IMG/VR virus record: IMGVR_UViG_2645727884_000004
Location: 1-64,000 of that record
Strand: one strand, 5' to 3'
Source of the DNA: an uncultured virus (IMG/VR IMGVR_UViG_2645727884_000004)
Lineage: Duplodnaviria; Heunggongvirae; Uroviricota; Caudoviricetes
Length of the DNA: 64,000 nucleotides
Shown: positions 9,670 through 19,748 of the stretch, piece after piece
Layout of the letters: each line of letters begins with the position of its first letter
Numbering within the stretch: position 1 is the stretch's first letter
Translations under genes and position numbers: made by a program
The notes under the pieces: generated by a model
What the model saw: only the letters and a program-made list of their open reading frames with translations
Databases searched by the model: none
What the model was told of the DNA's origin: nothing

Positions 9670-10136
9670 GCCTTGACCCTCCGGTGCAGGGTGATCACTG
9701 CGCCGACTTCGGCATGTCGTGCGGCCAGGTGTTGGCGGTGGGCGACGATGATTTCGGCGAGTTCGGCCTCGTCGATCTCTCCGTCGCGTAGCGCCTCGGC
9801 GATGATGCGGTCGACCTCGCCGCGCCTGATGGCGGTGGCGACGCCCCTGGCGTACAGGTCGAGGTTGTCCAGCTGGGCTGGATCGGGCATCTGCACGAAC
9901 ATGCCGCCATACAGGTGTGCGACGTACTCGGGGAAGTGGCTGGTGCCGGTTTCCTGCTCGAGCAAGAGCAACTGGTCGTCGCTGAGCGGCTTGCTGCCGG
10001 CGTTTTCGTAGGCGTGGTTGTCAAACTTCTTCAGGTCGAGGCCCAGGCGGGCAGCGGCGCATTCGCGACCGCCGGGGTAGGCGCCGATGATCGCGCTGAC
10101 CACCTGGCGCCGCGTTTCTAGGAGCGGGCGTTTCAT
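9666..10136 (-). CDS. Phage regulatory protein (CII/YmfL-like)
   Basis: YPGGRECAAARLG..F.N N-terminal HTH-like motif; position after cox. Confidence 0.7.
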   Translation of the reverse strand: MKRPLLETRRQVVSAIIGAYPGGRECAAARLGLDLKKFDNHAYENAGSKPLSDDQLLLLEQETGTSHFPEYVAHLYGGMFVQMPDPAQLDNLDLYARGVATAIRRGEVDRIIAEALRDGEIDEAELAEIIVAHRQHLAARHAEVGAVITLHRRVKA

Positions 10137-10165
10137 CTTCTGGTGTCCCCCCAGTGCGGTGGCCA

Positions 10166-10378
10166 TTACTGTGCGATCACGCCGTCTTTGATGCCGAGAA
10201 GGACAGCCGCGCGATGGGCTTCGCCGCGCAGGCACTTCTTCTGCCGGTTGAGGACGGCGTACACGGTCGAGGGGGTGAGGTTGTTCTTCACCGCCCATTG
10301 CCTGGCCGACAGCCCTTGGCTCGCCAGATGCTGGCGCGCTTTCTCGCACGCTTGCTCGGTGGGGTAGGCGTTGTGCAT
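10166..10378 (-). CDS. Cox/Cro-like DNA-binding protein (BcepMu gp16-like)
   Basis: GLSARQWA...VYAVL...RGEAHRAAVLLGIK; divergent from repressor. Confidence 0.8.
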   Translation of the reverse strand: MHNAYPTEQACEKARQHLASQGLSARQWAVKNNLTPSTVYAVLNRQKKCLRGEAHRAAVLLGIKDGVIAQ

Positions 10379-10385
10379 AGTCTCG

Positions 10386-10405
10386 TTTCGTGTGATTTCG
10401 TGTGA
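10386..10405. promoter_or_regulatory. Tandem direct repeat in immunity switch (candidate operator)
   Basis: TTTCGTGTGA x2 between divergent cox-like and repressor genes. Confidence 0.45.
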
Positions 10406-10463
10406 ATGCAAGGCGATGATGTCCCTGAAAGCAGGTAATGTCAACGCTTGAGGTCCAACTTTT

Positions 10464-10805
10464 ATGACCATAGGCGAACGCCTGAAGGAAGAGCGGCAGC
10501 GGTTGGGGATGAGCCAAACCGAACTTGCCGAGCAGTGTGGTGTGTCGAAAAACACCCAACTGGCATATGAGAAAGGCGAACGCAGCCCTGACGCGGCCTA
10601 TCTACTGAGGGCCTCGTTGCTTGGCGCTGATGTGCTTTACGTTATAACTGGGCGTCGCCAGCCTGCAGAGCTTGAGTCACTCAGTCAGGAGGAACTTGAT
10701 GTGCTGAGGTACATGAAGTCCATGGAGGAAGAAGACCGAATAGCGTACCTACGGGTGGGGCGAGGTATCTCAGAGTCAACTGAGTCGCGTCGTACAAGCA
10801 AATAG
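10464..10805 (+). CDS. Immunity repressor (XRE HTH)
   Basis: IGERLKEERQRLGMSQTELA...YEKGERSPD; no S24 domain, as in P2-type C. Confidence 0.88.
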   Translation: MTIGERLKEERQRLGMSQTELAEQCGVSKNTQLAYEKGERSPDAAYLLRASLLGADVLYVITGRRQPAELESLSQEELDVLRYMKSMEEEDRIAYLRVGRGISESTESRRTSK

Positions 10806-10956
10806 GACACCTCGCCAGCAGGGAAAAAAAATCCCGGGCGACCTACCGTGGATTTCTGCTTCTGGCACGCGGGCCTATGTGAAGAATGGGGTACTCCCGG
10901 GCTGCTATCACGGTGACATCGTGTCGCCGGGTGGCCTGTCAAAGGAGTAGACCAAT

Positions 10957-11071
10957 GTATAGGCCCATCGACCCCATCGTGCTCACCGCCCTGCTGATCT
11001 GCCTTAGCCAGATGAGCGAGCAGGATCAACTGGACCTGCTGCGGTTGGCGTGCGCTCTCAGGGGGCATTGA
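10957..11071 (+). CDS. Small hypothetical protein
   Basis: AAAGGAG RBS before MYRPIDP. Confidence 0.4.
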
Positions 11072-11123
11072 TTGAATGGGCCTTCGGTCGTAGCCGAAGG
11101 CCCCACTGTGAAGAGAGGGACGT

Positions 11124-11474
11124 ATGAACTGGCTCAAGGGAATGACCGCTGCGGTCGGACTGATGGTCTCGTGTGTTGCGATGGCTGACTCGGCCGCCCA
11201 GGTCGAACTGATGGACAACCTGCACCAGAGGATGCTGGACGCGTTGCAGGCCTCGAGTGTTGACCAGGTGACTGAGGTTTTTGGTGATCTGGACCGGTAC
11301 CGCCCTGGTATCCGCAGCACCGCCAGTGAAACCTGTTTCAAGGCCTATGAGGCACTGGGATGGGTGTTGTCCGACATAGTGGTGCAGGCCGATATGGATG
11401 GTCCTCTTCCTGAGCTGAAAAAACACCAGCAGGACTACGAGCGGAAGCGCTTGGCCTGTGCTGCAGGGACTTAA
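11124..11474 (+). CDS. Putative exported protein
   Basis: N-terminal signal peptide (MNWLKG...CVAMA-D), two further Cys. Confidence 0.7.
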   Translation: MNWLKGMTAAVGLMVSCVAMADSAAQVELMDNLHQRMLDALQASSVDQVTEVFGDLDRYRPGIRSTASETCFKAYEALGWVLSDIVVQADMDGPLPELKKHQQDYERKRLACAAGT

Positions 11475-11527
11475 TTCTTGATGACCCCACCAAACCATTT
11501 GCCTGATGGGGTCTTCTTCACTGCTGA

Positions 11528-12067
11528 CTAAATAACCCAGGTTGGGCCGAAATCAATGGACTTTCTGCCCGCAATGGGAATCTTAACCCATACGTGCGCT
11601 TCAAGCTGGAGTCCAAATCCACCAATAACTTTCAAGTTCACATCGTAACTTGCTCCGAGAGAGCTGCCTCCAATCTCTTCTGCGCGATGAAGAGTTCCAT
11701 TCTCGAATGACATTCGGGATGTGCCGACACTAAAACCCAGAATCTTTGAGGTGACATCGACAGAGTATCCGTCGCTGCTCGTTTGATTCACAACGATGTG
11801 GAATGATGCTATTCCGAAGTTAATATCCTTGGTGATTGGAAATAGACTGGATCCACCTCCACCAGTGATATAGCTTTGCTTCTCGCTGCTGTAGAATACC
11901 TCCTGCGACTGCTTGTGGCTGTAAAGCTGCAGGTAAGATTCTGCAAGTTTGTCTTTGAAAGAGTCCTCTCCTAGCTTAGCTTCTTTGTAGAGTTGTTGTA
12001 CTTCAGGGTTTTCAAAATTGTCATCAATGAAGTTTTTGATGAAGCTTTCTGCAGTAGTCATAGTCAT
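11528..12067 (-). CDS. Hypothetical accessory protein (beta-rich C-terminus)
   Basis: 179 aa, AT-rich, AAGGAG RBS. Confidence 0.75.
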   Translation of the reverse strand: MTMTTAESFIKNFIDDNFENPEVQQLYKEAKLGEDSFKDKLAESYLQLYSHKQSQEVFYSSEKQSYITGGGGSSLFPITKDINFGIASFHIVVNQTSSDGYSVDVTSKILGFSVGTSRMSFENGTLHRAEEIGGSSLGASYDVNLKVIGGFGLQLEAHVWVKIPIAGRKSIDFGPTWVI

Positions 12068-12183
12068 CTCCTTAGAGTAGGCAGCAGAGCGGGCTGCTCT
12101 GCCAGTGGAAGATTAGGTTTGGCTCCTGAAATCGCTATGGCAAAAAATAATGAATTTCTTGGCTCCTAACAGTTTTGATAGGG

Positions 12184-12723
12184 TCAGAGGAGTTCGAGAA
12201 TTGCAGCTAAAGCAATGGCTTGAGGTTTGTTCCTGCATCTAAGCTTTCTAGTGGCGCTGTTAATATGAGAGTTAACTGTGTGTGGGGATAAACTTAGTTT
12301 CTCAGATATCGATAGCGCCGTTTGTCCATCTGCTGATCTACGTAATATCTCGAGCTCTCTTTTGGTTAGCTTGGTGTCTGGGGTTATGAATAAGTTTGGG
12401 GCCATTTTCTTGGTATTACTTATGAGAATTCCAAATAAAGCATATGTGTAGATTTTTGCGTGGATATGGTCTACTTTGGTGTCTTTGTATTTTGTTGTTA
12501 TTGTTGTTTTGTATAGATTTTGTGGTGTTAACGTTAGTCTGAATGTTGCTCCTTGTTTTTGGTCGCTTCCTGTTTTGGATGTGTATATTCTCTCTGGGCT
12601 CAGTGGGATGGGATGTCTTATTGATATTTCGTGGAATACTGGGAATGGTCCTTTTAAGTGGTTTTTTATTATTCTGGTGGTTTCTTCTAGAGCCTCACCT
12701 ATTCTTGTTTCTATCTTTTCCAT
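12184..12723 (-). CDS. LuxR-family C-terminal HTH regulator
   Basis: LTKRELEILRRSADGQT..IS..LSLS..TVNSH....RKL...NK.QA; AT-rich. Confidence 0.8.
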   Translation of the reverse strand: MEKIETRIGEALEETTRIIKNHLKGPFPVFHEISIRHPIPLSPERIYTSKTGSDQKQGATFRLTLTPQNLYKTTITTKYKDTKVDHIHAKIYTYALFGILISNTKKMAPNLFITPDTKLTKRELEILRRSADGQTALSISEKLSLSPHTVNSHINSATRKLRCRNKPQAIALAAILELL

Positions 12724-12944
12724 TGTGTGCCCTTATATTGATGGCGGCACGCAAACTAGTGGTTTGGCTTTGATGCGGGTACCTATCCGTTTTGTTACGG
12801 CCACTCTCACCGGTGGGGCTGGCGTGAGCTCAAAGGTGCTGTGAGATGTGTTCAAGTTTTCTGTATGGTCTATCCAGTTTCAACGAACAATGACTGAGCT
12901 AGGTTTCTTCAATTTGTGGAGGAAAAGGTGCGCTGGAAGAGCGA

Positions 12945-14222
12945 TCACCTCCTGCCTCTCACTTGCAGCCGGTTCAACTCCCGATCGACAGCCCGCTTCG
13001 CGCTGGACTTGGTGCTGTACAGGTAGCACAGGCGGCGCGGCTTGCTCTGGTCTCCCGCGGTGATGGTCTTCTCCGTCCCGCTCTTCTCGTCACGGTAGTA
13101 GGCGATGATGCCGGTGTAGTCGCCGCCGGTGTCGTCGGCCAGGTCGCTGACCAGGTCCTCGGGCAACTTGCTTTCCAGCTCCAGGCTGGTGATGTAGCCG
13201 CCGTCGGCGCTGAGGCTGTGCTGCACATTGCCGCCGTACCAGATGATCGCGTCTATCTCCGTCTTCACGCCCTGCAGGGTGTAGGTCAGCTCCGGGATCA
13301 GGTCCGCCCGGCCTCTGGCGAGCACGTAGCTGAGCGTGGCGCTGCCACGCTGCAGGCGGTTCCACTCGGCGCGGGCAGCGCGCAGGGCGCTCTGGCGGTC
13401 GCTGTAGGTGTGGCGCAGGTCCTTCAGGTTGTCGCCCTTGGCACCGGCGATGGCCTCTTGCTTCTTTGCGCTGTTCACGTCGTAGAAGTACGCGCGCACG
13501 CCGTCGTAGCTGTCGCGGTCGGCCTGCAGGTAGCGGTGCTGGTCGCCATCCTGGCGGGTGAGGATGATGTGCGGCAGCGCCAGGCCGCTGGCAGTCTTGC
13601 CGCCGCCGGCCGGCAGGCAGAGCAGGCAGCCGGCTTTCACGGTGGCCACCGCATCGAAGTCCTCGCCCAGGCGGGTCAGCAGGTTGGCGTCTGACTCGTT
13701 GGCCTGGTCCAGTTGCAGGATCGGCAGGCCCGCCAGCGCCGGCGCGAGCACCGGCTTCAGGTTGTTGCCGAGGGCAATGTCGGTGAGCACGTCGCCCAAC
13801 GTCTTCGGGCTGCTCCAGCTGCGCTCGCGCTTGACCTTCAGGCCCTTGCGCAGGTCTGCCGAGCGGGCGCGGATGCTGAGCACGTCCGGCGCGCCGCTGT
13901 GCTCGGTTTCGTCGACGGTGTAGGTGCCCTTGTCGACCAGTCCGCTGTCACTCCAGCCCAGCCAGAGGTGCAGCACGGCGCCGCGCGGGGGGATCGCGAG
14001 CAACCCGTCATGATCGCTGAGTGTCACGCTCAACTGATCGGCCTCGAGGCCGCGATTGTCGGTCAGGTCCAGGGCGATCAGTCGTGGGCTGATGAGCTGG
14101 GCGATGTCGTTGCCGTCGACTGTGAGCCGGAACACCGGCACCGGGTAGCCGGCGTCGCGCTGCAGCTGGTCGACCGCGCTGGTCAGGTAGCCCGTCACGC
14201 GGGCGAGGGCGGCATCGATCAC
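12945..14222 (-). CDS. Tail protein D (late control D family)
   Basis: LTDNRGLEADQL..., DQANESD motifs; P2 gpD position. Confidence 0.9.
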   Translation of the reverse strand: MIDAALARVTGYLTSAVDQLQRDAGYPVPVFRLTVDGNDIAQLISPRLIALDLTDNRGLEADQLSVTLSDHDGLLAIPPRGAVLHLWLGWSDSGLVDKGTYTVDETEHSGAPDVLSIRARSADLRKGLKVKRERSWSSPKTLGDVLTDIALGNNLKPVLAPALAGLPILQLDQANESDANLLTRLGEDFDAVATVKAGCLLCLPAGGGKTASGLALPHIILTRQDGDQHRYLQADRDSYDGVRAYFYDVNSAKKQEAIAGAKGDNLKDLRHTYSDRQSALRAARAEWNRLQRGSATLSYVLARGRADLIPELTYTLQGVKTEIDAIIWYGGNVQHSLSADGGYITSLELESKLPEDLVSDLADDTGGDYTGIIAYYRDEKSGTEKTITAGDQSKPRRLCYLYSTKSSAKRAVDRELNRLQVRGRR

Positions 14223-14659
14223 AGGATGCGTCTCAGCAGGTTGCCGGCGGTACCGAGGACCGAACCGAGCAGATCGGTGCGGCCGTCGTCGATGCGCTTG
14301 AGCTCGAGGGAGAACTCGATCCGCCGCGGGGTGCCGTCGGCGAAGAAGAGTGTCCGCGTCTCGGTGACACGCTCGATCACCCACAGGCCGTAGATGCGTC
14401 CGGTGCCCTCGACCATGGGCCAGGCCGACCCGGTGTCAGCCATCTGCCGCAACACGTCCAGGCTCAACGCGCTGCCGGCCAGCTCCGGCAGCAGCACGCC
14501 GGGCAGGGTGATCGCGTCGTCGCCGCGACCGACGAACTGGCGCGCCGGCTGGGCGCCGATGCGGCTGCTGCTGGCGTGTCGCCACTCGGTCTGCCGCTGG
14601 AACTCTTGATAGGCCAGCGTGTGCAGGCTGAAGACGAACATCCCGAGGGACAGCATCAT
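14219..14659 (-). CDS. Tail protein U
   Basis: MMLSLGMFVF...FFADGTPRRIEFSLEL. Confidence 0.92.
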   Translation of the reverse strand: MMLSLGMFVFSLHTLAYQEFQRQTEWRHASSSRIGAQPARQFVGRGDDAITLPGVLLPELAGSALSLDVLRQMADTGSAWPMVEGTGRIYGLWVIERVTETRTLFFADGTPRRIEFSLELKRIDDGRTDLLGSVLGTAGNLLRRIL

Positions 14660-14664
14660 GGTGG

Positions 14665-17424
14665 TTACTCCCGGTCCTGCAGGCGGGCGCGCAGGCGCGC
14701 CGCCTTGTTGCGTTCGCGCTCGTCCAGCAGTTGGCTGAGCGTGCGTTTCAGGTCTGCGGCGTCGCTGCCCGGGCCGGCCTGGATGGTGATGTAGTAGGTG
14801 TCGCCGCCGATGCTGACTGCCGCTGGCGCCGAGCTGACCGGGGGACGGTTGTCGATGGTGATGGCTTGCGCTGGGGCGCTGGCGCCGAGCACCAGGGCAC
14901 CGATGGCGCCGGCGCTCTTGCCCAGGTCGCCCAGCATGGCCAGCAGCGGCTGGTCGAACGTCGGCGAGCGTTGGCGCTGGGCCGCGACCAGTTCGGTCAC
15001 CGCTGCCGGCGGGGTGATCGTCGGGCGGGCGCTTCGGGTCAGCTCACTGTCCAGGCCCGCGACAGCCTGGCGCCCTGCGTTGACCAGGCCCTGGCCGATA
15101 CGCGCAATTACGCCCAGCGGGCCGGCCTGGCCGGCGCCGAGGCCCTGGGCTAGGCCGGCCATGGTGAACCCGCCCAGGTCGGCGAATACCCGCGACGGCG
15201 AATGGATGCCGAGCTTGTCCTTGAACCAGTCGATCGCGGCACCGCCGACGCGCTGGACGGCGCGCTTGATCTGCCCTATGCCGGCGAGCAGGCCGTTCAC
15301 CAGGCCCTGGACGATCATGTTGCCGAAGTCGCTGAAGCGCGCCGGCAGGTCGATGCCCAGGTAGCCCAGGACGCCGGAGAACGCACGGTAGATTAGACCG
15401 AGGGGGCTGAAATTCATCAGGGTTGAAAGAATGCCCCCGATGCCGCCGTCGAAACCTGCCTTGATCTCTTCCCACAGCCCCAGCAGGTACGTCTTGACGG
15501 CGTCCCAATTGCGATAGATCAGGTACGCGGCGCCGGCCAGCACCGCCACGACGGCGGCAATTGCCAGGACCACCGGGTTGGCGGCCAGGCCCCACAGCGC
15601 GATGCTCACGACGCGCAAGGCGGTCACCAGCGGGCCGATCAACAGGCCGGCCAGCATGCGGATCGGTGCGAACAGCAGTTTCAGCAAGCCGATCAGACCG
15701 GGCAGGCGAATGCCGATGGTGCCGAGCATGAAGCGGACCGCGATCATCGGGCCGAGGATGCCGGCTAGGGTGATGGCCAGACTGCCGACGGTGGCCATCA
15801 GCGCCGAGAACGCGGCGACGGTGATGACGATGCCCTTGCTGACTTGCGGGTTGGCCTTCAGGAACTCGCCGACGTTGTGTAGCAGGTGACTGAGGTCGGC
15901 GGCGAGTTCGCGCAGCCAGGGGCTGTTCTTGTCGAACAGCTCGACCGAAATGTTTTCCAGGGCGGCATGCAGCATGGTCATGTCGCCCTTGAGGTTGTCC
16001 AGCTGAGTGGACGCGACCCGGGCGGCCCCTCCCTCGGAGTTGTTCAGGCTTTCGCGCATGGTCTGGAACTGGCCGCCCTCGACGGCGCGCATCAGGGTGC
16101 CGAAGCTGGTAACCGCGTACTGCCCGGCGATGTCCTTGAAGATCGCGCCTCTCTGTACGTTGCCCATGCCGGCGGTCTTCTTGTTGATGTCCTTCAGGAT
16201 GTCCAGCATGTCGCGCATGTTGCCGTTGGCATCCTTGGTCTGGACGCCCAGCTTGGCTACCGCCTTGGACGTGCCCAGGCGGGTCAGAACAGAGCGCATC
16301 GAGGTGCCGGCCATGCTGCCCTGGACGCCGGCGTTGCCGAGCAGGGCGGTGGCGGTGGTGACCGTCTCCAGGCTCTGGCCGTACTCGCGGCCGACGCCGG
16401 CGGAGTACTTCAGCGAGTCGCCGAGCATGCGGATGTCGACGTTGTTCCGGGTGAATGCCGCAGTCAGTACGTCGGCCACCTGGTCCATCTTCTCGGCTGG
16501 AATACCCATCGCCGTCTGGATGTTCGAGGCGATGTCAGCAGTGTCGCCGAGGTCCATGTCGCCCGCGGCGGCCAGGTTGAGCATGCCGGGCATTGCGCCG
16601 AGGATCTGCTTCGCGCTGTAGCCGGTGCGGCCCAGGAAGTACTGGCCCTGGGCGACTTCCTTGTCTGTGAACTTGCTGGACAGCGGCAGGGTGCGGGCCT
16701 GTTGCCGCAGCGCCTGCATCTGCGGATCGTCCTTGCGCTCGATGCGGGTCACCGCCTGGGTGGCCGACATCGTTGCGTCGAACTCGTAGCCTACGCCGAG
16801 CATCTGCCGCAGCTTGTCGCCGGTGTACATGCCCGTCGCGCGCGCCGCCATGCCGGTGCCGGCCAGCGCGGCAGCGCTCTGGATGCCACGGCTGTAGGTG
16901 TTGCGGGCGTGGGTTAGGCGCTCCTGCTGTTGGCTGAGGTTGCGTAAGCGCTGCGCCTGGCTGTTGATGGCGCCATTGGCCGCCTGGATCTGCGCGCGCA
17001 GGTCGCGCTCATGCTGGCCGAGGTTGCGCGTGCTGATGCCGGCGTTGCTGAGGCGCGTGCGCAGTTGCTGCAGGGCTTGGCTCTGCTGCGCGTGCTGCTG
17101 CTTGAGGAAACCGGCTTCACGGATTGCCCGGTTGTAGTCGCGGGTGAGCGCACGGGTGGGGTTGCCGGCGGCGGCCATCTGCTGGGCTAGCGCTTTCACT
17201 CGAGCCTGTTGCGCGTCCAGCGCGGTGCTGACTTGCTCCAGGGCGCCGCGCTGGGTGCGGAATGCGCGCACGTCGCTCTGCTGAGCGTTGAGCTGCTTCA
17301 GGCGCTCGCGAGTTGCCTTGAGCGCCCGGGCCGTCGCGTCGCTGCCTTGCATGATGCGACGCAGGGGAGCGGAGGCTCTGTCGATCGCGCTGAGTAGCAC
17401 GCGCAGCTGCAGGTCATTCGCCAT
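14665..17424 (-). CDS. Tail tape measure protein T
   Basis: 919 aa Ala/Gly-rich; TP901-like core; LGIHSPSRVF. Confidence 0.92.
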   Translation of the reverse strand: MANDLQLRVLLSAIDRASAPLRRIMQGSDATARALKATRERLKQLNAQQSDVRAFRTQRGALEQVSTALDAQQARVKALAQQMAAAGNPTRALTRDYNRAIREAGFLKQQHAQQSQALQQLRTRLSNAGISTRNLGQHERDLRAQIQAANGAINSQAQRLRNLSQQQERLTHARNTYSRGIQSAAALAGTGMAARATGMYTGDKLRQMLGVGYEFDATMSATQAVTRIERKDDPQMQALRQQARTLPLSSKFTDKEVAQGQYFLGRTGYSAKQILGAMPGMLNLAAAGDMDLGDTADIASNIQTAMGIPAEKMDQVADVLTAAFTRNNVDIRMLGDSLKYSAGVGREYGQSLETVTTATALLGNAGVQGSMAGTSMRSVLTRLGTSKAVAKLGVQTKDANGNMRDMLDILKDINKKTAGMGNVQRGAIFKDIAGQYAVTSFGTLMRAVEGGQFQTMRESLNNSEGGAARVASTQLDNLKGDMTMLHAALENISVELFDKNSPWLRELAADLSHLLHNVGEFLKANPQVSKGIVITVAAFSALMATVGSLAITLAGILGPMIAVRFMLGTIGIRLPGLIGLLKLLFAPIRMLAGLLIGPLVTALRVVSIALWGLAANPVVLAIAAVVAVLAGAAYLIYRNWDAVKTYLLGLWEEIKAGFDGGIGGILSTLMNFSPLGLIYRAFSGVLGYLGIDLPARFSDFGNMIVQGLVNGLLAGIGQIKRAVQRVGGAAIDWFKDKLGIHSPSRVFADLGGFTMAGLAQGLGAGQAGPLGVIARIGQGLVNAGRQAVAGLDSELTRSARPTITPPAAVTELVAAQRQRSPTFDQPLLAMLGDLGKSAGAIGALVLGASAPAQAITIDNRPPVSSAPAAVSIGGDTYYITIQAGPGSDAADLKRTLSQLLDERERNKAARLRARLQDRE

Positions 17425-17533
17425 CGGCGGAACTCCGTACCCGGGCGCGTTCGCGCCATTCCATCAGTTCGGTGAGCGAGAGCCGGTCCATATGGTCCGG
17501 CGCCCAGTGAAACGTCACGGCCAGGTCGGCCAT
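17414..17533 (-). CDS. Tail chaperone E' extension (reached by -1 frameshift)
   Basis: MADLAVTFHW.P...L.ELMEWRERA; in the -1 frame after TTTTTTG at 17584-17590. Confidence 0.85.
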   Translation of the reverse strand: MADLAVTFHWAPDHMDRLSLTELMEWRERARVRSSADGE

Positions 17534-17541
17534 GGCGTTTT

Positions 17542-17871
17542 CTACGCGATCAGGGAGGCTGCCGCCTTCGCCCGCTTCTGCAGCAAAAAACCGGCGATCA
17601 CCTGGCCGCAGGCGAGCAGGTCAGCCGGGTCCATGCTGGCGGCCTCAGGCTCGGTGATGGTCGGCTGGCTGATGCGCGGCAGGATTTTCATGGTCGCAGC
17701 CACGTCGAACTGCAGCAGGTCGAGCAGGTGCAGGCCGCGGAGTTCGCCAGATGAGGGCTTGCGCAGGGTGAGCGATTCGATGGACTGGGCGCCGCGCTTG
17801 ATCGGCTGGTCGAGGGTGACGACGTTGTCGGGAGCGTTCTGCAGGTCAGCGAGAGTCTGTTCGGTTTTCAT
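17542..17871 (-). CDS. Tail assembly chaperone E
   Basis: VTLDQPIKRG..LRKP..GELRG; slippery T6G near end. Confidence 0.9.
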   Translation of the reverse strand: MKTEQTLADLQNAPDNVVTLDQPIKRGAQSIESLTLRKPSSGELRGLHLLDLLQFDVAATMKILPRISQPTITEPEAASMDPADLLACGQVIAGFLLQKRAKAAASLIA

Positions 17872-17925
17872 GGGCGTCGGTATCCAAGGGGGAGAGAAAC
17901 CGCCGGTCGGGCCGGCGGGAAGGGA

Positions 17926-18441
17926 CTACAGGCCGATGGCCTTGCGCTGTGCCTCGAGCAGGTCCTTGCCGTTGACCTTCTCGACGAAGTTCAGCAGGTC
18001 GATCTCGATGACTTCCTCGCCGTTGACGACGAGCTTGTAGTAGCTGCAGGTGGTGGTGATCTTGTGCTCGGTGTCTTCGCCGGGCTGGGCGTCACCCATC
18101 TCGATGGTCTCGTGCCGGCCGCGAACGACGATTTCGACGGACGTGACCGCGCCGGTATCGTCCTGCTGGTAGGCGCCGGCGAAACGCAGCATCACGCCGC
18201 TGGCGCTGACTGCGCCGTACTGCTTGAGGACGGTCAGCTCCAGGCCCCCGACGGTCCACTCGAACTGGATGCCGTCGTCGTCGTGGCCGAGGTCGGCCTT
18301 GACCGGGCCGTTCATGCCGCCCCCGCGGAAGGCCTCCATCTTGCGGGCCAGCGGGGGCAGGGTGCAGGACTTCACGAGGCCCTGGTAGCTACCGCCATCG
18401 TTGAAGAGGTTCATGTTCTTGAGCTTGCGCGGCATGGCCAT
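17926..18441 (-). CDS. Tail tube protein FII
   Basis: MAMPRKLKNMNLFNDG...RGGGMNG. Confidence 0.93.
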   Translation of the reverse strand: MAMPRKLKNMNLFNDGGSYQGLVKSCTLPPLARKMEAFRGGGMNGPVKADLGHDDDGIQFEWTVGGLELTVLKQYGAVSASGVMLRFAGAYQQDDTGAVTSVEIVVRGRHETIEMGDAQPGEDTEHKITTTCSYYKLVVNGEEVIEIDLLNFVEKVNGKDLLEAQRKAIGL

Positions 18442-18497
18442 TGTGGGGCTCTCCGGGAATCAGGTGGGTCGGCTCCCCGTCCGGGGAGCGCTGGGCG

Positions 18498-19673
18498 TCA
18501 GGCGTTGACGCGGCTGGCGAAGTCGACGAGGTAGCTGTCGGTGATCTTCTGGAAGAAGGTCAGGTCCTCGAGCGGCGGCACCGGGGTGTAGTCGTAGGTG
18601 ATGCGCAGCTTGCCGGCCTTGAGCGTGTCCTTGTCGTTCATGCTGGGGTCGTACCAGGCCTGGGCATCGATGATCAGGCCGAGCCCCTTGAGTTCGCGTA
18701 ACTTGGCGTTCACGCCCTCGAGGATGTCGCGCACCAGCGACGGGTGCATGGGCTTGTCGACAGCCCACATATGCGCTTCGGCGATGGTGTCGGCTAGCAC
18801 CTGGGCGGTGCGGGTGTAGTTCTCGAAGGCGAACAGCGGATCATCGCTGCAGGTGCGCGAACCCCAGAAACGGAATCCCCCTTCCTGCACCAGGGTGGTG
18901 ACCTCGTTCTCGTTGAGGTAGTTGGCGTCGGTGCTGGGGCTCTGCAGGTCCCAGAACACGTCGGCGCTGATGCCGGTCACGCCGTTGACGGCGACGTTCG
19001 ACAGTGTCTTGTGCCAACCGACCTCCTGATCGATCCGGGCGCGCAAGCCCAGGGCCTGGGCAACAGCTGGCGCAGGCACGGTCTGGTTGACCACGGTGCT
19101 CCAAGTCAGGAAGTCCGGCCAGATCACCATGGCTTCGCGCGCGGCGAAGTTCTCGCGATAGGCGGTGGCCTCTTCCTTGGTCTTGCAGCCATTGGCGGAG
19201 ACGTAGGCGAAGCCGCGCAACTGCTGGGCGATGGCGATGAGTGCGGTAGCGACCGGCTGGGTATCCAGGCCCGGTGCGCCGAGGATGCGCGGTACCACGC
19301 CCAAGCGGGCCTTGGCGGCAAGCAAGGCCTTCATGCCGGTGTACTTGCCATCGGCACTGACGCCGCCGATGACGGCGCTATTGGTCGCGGCTTCATCCTC
19401 ACCCGGCTTCACCCGTACCACCACCGTGGCGGCGTTGGCCTGGTCGGCGATTGCCTGCAGGCTTGCGGGTAGCGTACCGCTGGTGCCTGCTTTTCCGATG
19501 GCGGCCTGCACGTTGGTGATGAGTACCGGTGTATCGAGTGGAAAGGCGGTGGCGTCGGCGTCTTCGGCGGTGGCTACCAGGCCGATGATCGCGGTGGCGA
19601 TGGTGCGAATGGGGCGGGTCCCGTCATTGATCTCTTGGACCCGGACACCGTGATGGTATTGGTCAGCGGCCAT
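18498..19673 (-). CDS. Tail sheath protein FI
   Basis: YHHGVRV...GFRFWGSRT...DYTPVPPLE. Confidence 0.93.
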   Translation of the reverse strand: MAADQYHHGVRVQEINDGTRPIRTIATAIIGLVATAEDADATAFPLDTPVLITNVQAAIGKAGTSGTLPASLQAIADQANAATVVVRVKPGEDEAATNSAVIGGVSADGKYTGMKALLAAKARLGVVPRILGAPGLDTQPVATALIAIAQQLRGFAYVSANGCKTKEEATAYRENFAAREAMVIWPDFLTWSTVVNQTVPAPAVAQALGLRARIDQEVGWHKTLSNVAVNGVTGISADVFWDLQSPSTDANYLNENEVTTLVQEGGFRFWGSRTCSDDPLFAFENYTRTAQVLADTIAEAHMWAVDKPMHPSLVRDILEGVNAKLRELKGLGLIIDAQAWYDPSMNDKDTLKAGKLRITYDYTPVPPLEDLTFFQKITDSYLVDFASRVNA

Positions 19674-19748
19674 GGGGTGTGCCTGTGCAGTGGTTGGATG
19701 ACACTGCACAGGCTGCCGCGCGCGCGGTGGAAGAGCGAGCACGGCGCC

